Assembly (NCBI GenBank): GCA_001179505.1 | Contig: CDMY01000299.1 | Coordinates: 66,319 to 130,318, forward strand | DNA length: 64,000 nt | Source: Vitrella brassicaformis CCMP3155 | Lineage: Eukaryota > Protista > Chromerida | Direction: 5' to 3' | Shown: positions 63,100-64,000 of the stretch, in pieces | Layout: each line of letters starts with the position of its first letter | Numbering within the stretch: position 1 is the first letter of the stretch | Notes under the pieces: generated by a model | The model's input: the letters and a program-made list of their open reading frames with translations, nothing else | What the model was told of the DNA's origin: nothing | Database searches by the model: none | Made by a program: the position numbers and the translations under genes

Positions 63100-63720
63100 G
63101 ACCAGTATTGTCACATTTCTCTCGCTGGTACTGCTGCCCCTCAGCCACACTCGGGCTCTGTTTCCACAGCTCCAGGCAGTCTGTCTTACGGGTGGCAATC
63201 CGAGGCGACGTGGCCGATGTCGTGACCGCGATGATGAGTGTCTCCTCTGCACACCCATATCCTTCATCTGCAGACCCCAGCAACAGCATTCCATCGAGCA
63301 CGCGCGTCAGCGGCAGCTCGGCTGTGCGCACGCTGAGAGACACGACGAGCTTGCCCCGTTGTTGACGCCCAGGCCGAAGTCAGGTGGGCATTGTTTGCTC
63401 GACGGCACCAACACACCGGAAAGCGCCCCAGATCGCACAGCGGCCGGCCACACTTGTCTGGACAACAGACAGAGACACAGAGGGCCTTCTTCCTCGTGTG
63501 TGGGTGTACCTATGTGCCTACCTGCCCGCCCGCTGCGTGGTGGATACTTTTGTGAGGTCTGCGACCTTCAGCATGACGTAGCACGGGTCGACCGCAAATA
63601 CGAAGCCGTCAATTGTGGCGGACGCCTCGTACAGATTGGCGATCACCAGCACCTTGTGCACCGACCTCGGAAGCAGGGCGACGGCCGCCAGCTGACGACC
63701 AGCAGAACTCGTTGAGCTAT
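63100..63720 (-). pseudogene. Degenerate DEAH-box RNA helicase fragment (helicase C motifs V-VI + HA2)
   Basis: HKVLVIANLYEASATIDGFVFAVDPCY..QRAGR (compare [26 protein letters not shown]..QRAGR), followed by a donor GTAGGC; RTAELPL..MLL..GCAEETLII; frameshift and deletions between them. Confidence 0.7.
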
Positions 63721-64000
63721 CCACGACCCGTTCATGCGTCAATCCCAGAGAAAGTCAGACATGTAAGAGAAAGTCGGACACACGAATGATGAATGGATGG
63801 ATAAATGAGTGCGTGTTTGTTCCGACCTAGTGGGTAGACGCAAAGGCTCTGTGCTGTGCGGTCCTTCATGGGTCCTGCGACCTACCAACCACAAACTGAC
63901 AGATTCGCGATGGCCAGAATTGTTGCGAAGTGCTCACGATGCCCTTCGCCCCTGTCTGTGGCCCTGATGAAGGCGCTCGGCTCAGATGACTGGAAGTGTG

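Noticed and set aside
1-64000. tRNA, rRNA, CRISPR arrays, telomeric repeats, intact transposase/RT genes
   Set aside because: None recognised by eye; tRNAscan-SE, Infernal and RepeatMasker would be needed to exclude them formally

Overview
Intron-rich eukaryotic genomic DNA, GC-rich, with short GT-AG introns full of (GT)n, (GGAT)n and (GACA)n microsatellites. Gene content and style point to a chromerid alveolate such as Vitrella brassicaformis (inference). I assembled about 18 multi-exon genes or relics by eye; exon boundaries are approximate and family assignments rest on motifs recalled from memory, not database searches. Housekeeping genes: RluA-type pseudouridine synthase, plastid-type ClpR, oligopeptidase B, a USP deubiquitinase, a divergent DDB1/RSE1/CPSF1-family propeller protein, proteasome beta-3 and Cbf5/dyskerin. 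The most unusual genes lie at 37.8-50.1 kb: (1) an R-S-E class ADP-ribosyltransferase with a ubiquitin-like domain and a TM helix at its N-terminus; (2) a type I membrane protein with a circularly permuted, Fibrobacter-type GH16 domain lacking the acid/base Glu, followed by two PAN/Apple domains and a SEA-like domain; (3) a secreted acidic-pro/cationic 8-Cys protein. The window also has decayed tandem duplicates (USP relics, 42.5-46.6 kb relics, a DEAH helicase relic), single-lesion genes, an in-frame TGA followed by 80 coding-like codons, and two polarity-switching GAATC/GATTC motif clusters. No rRNA, tRNA or CRISPR array is supported. There is one 300-nt N gap.
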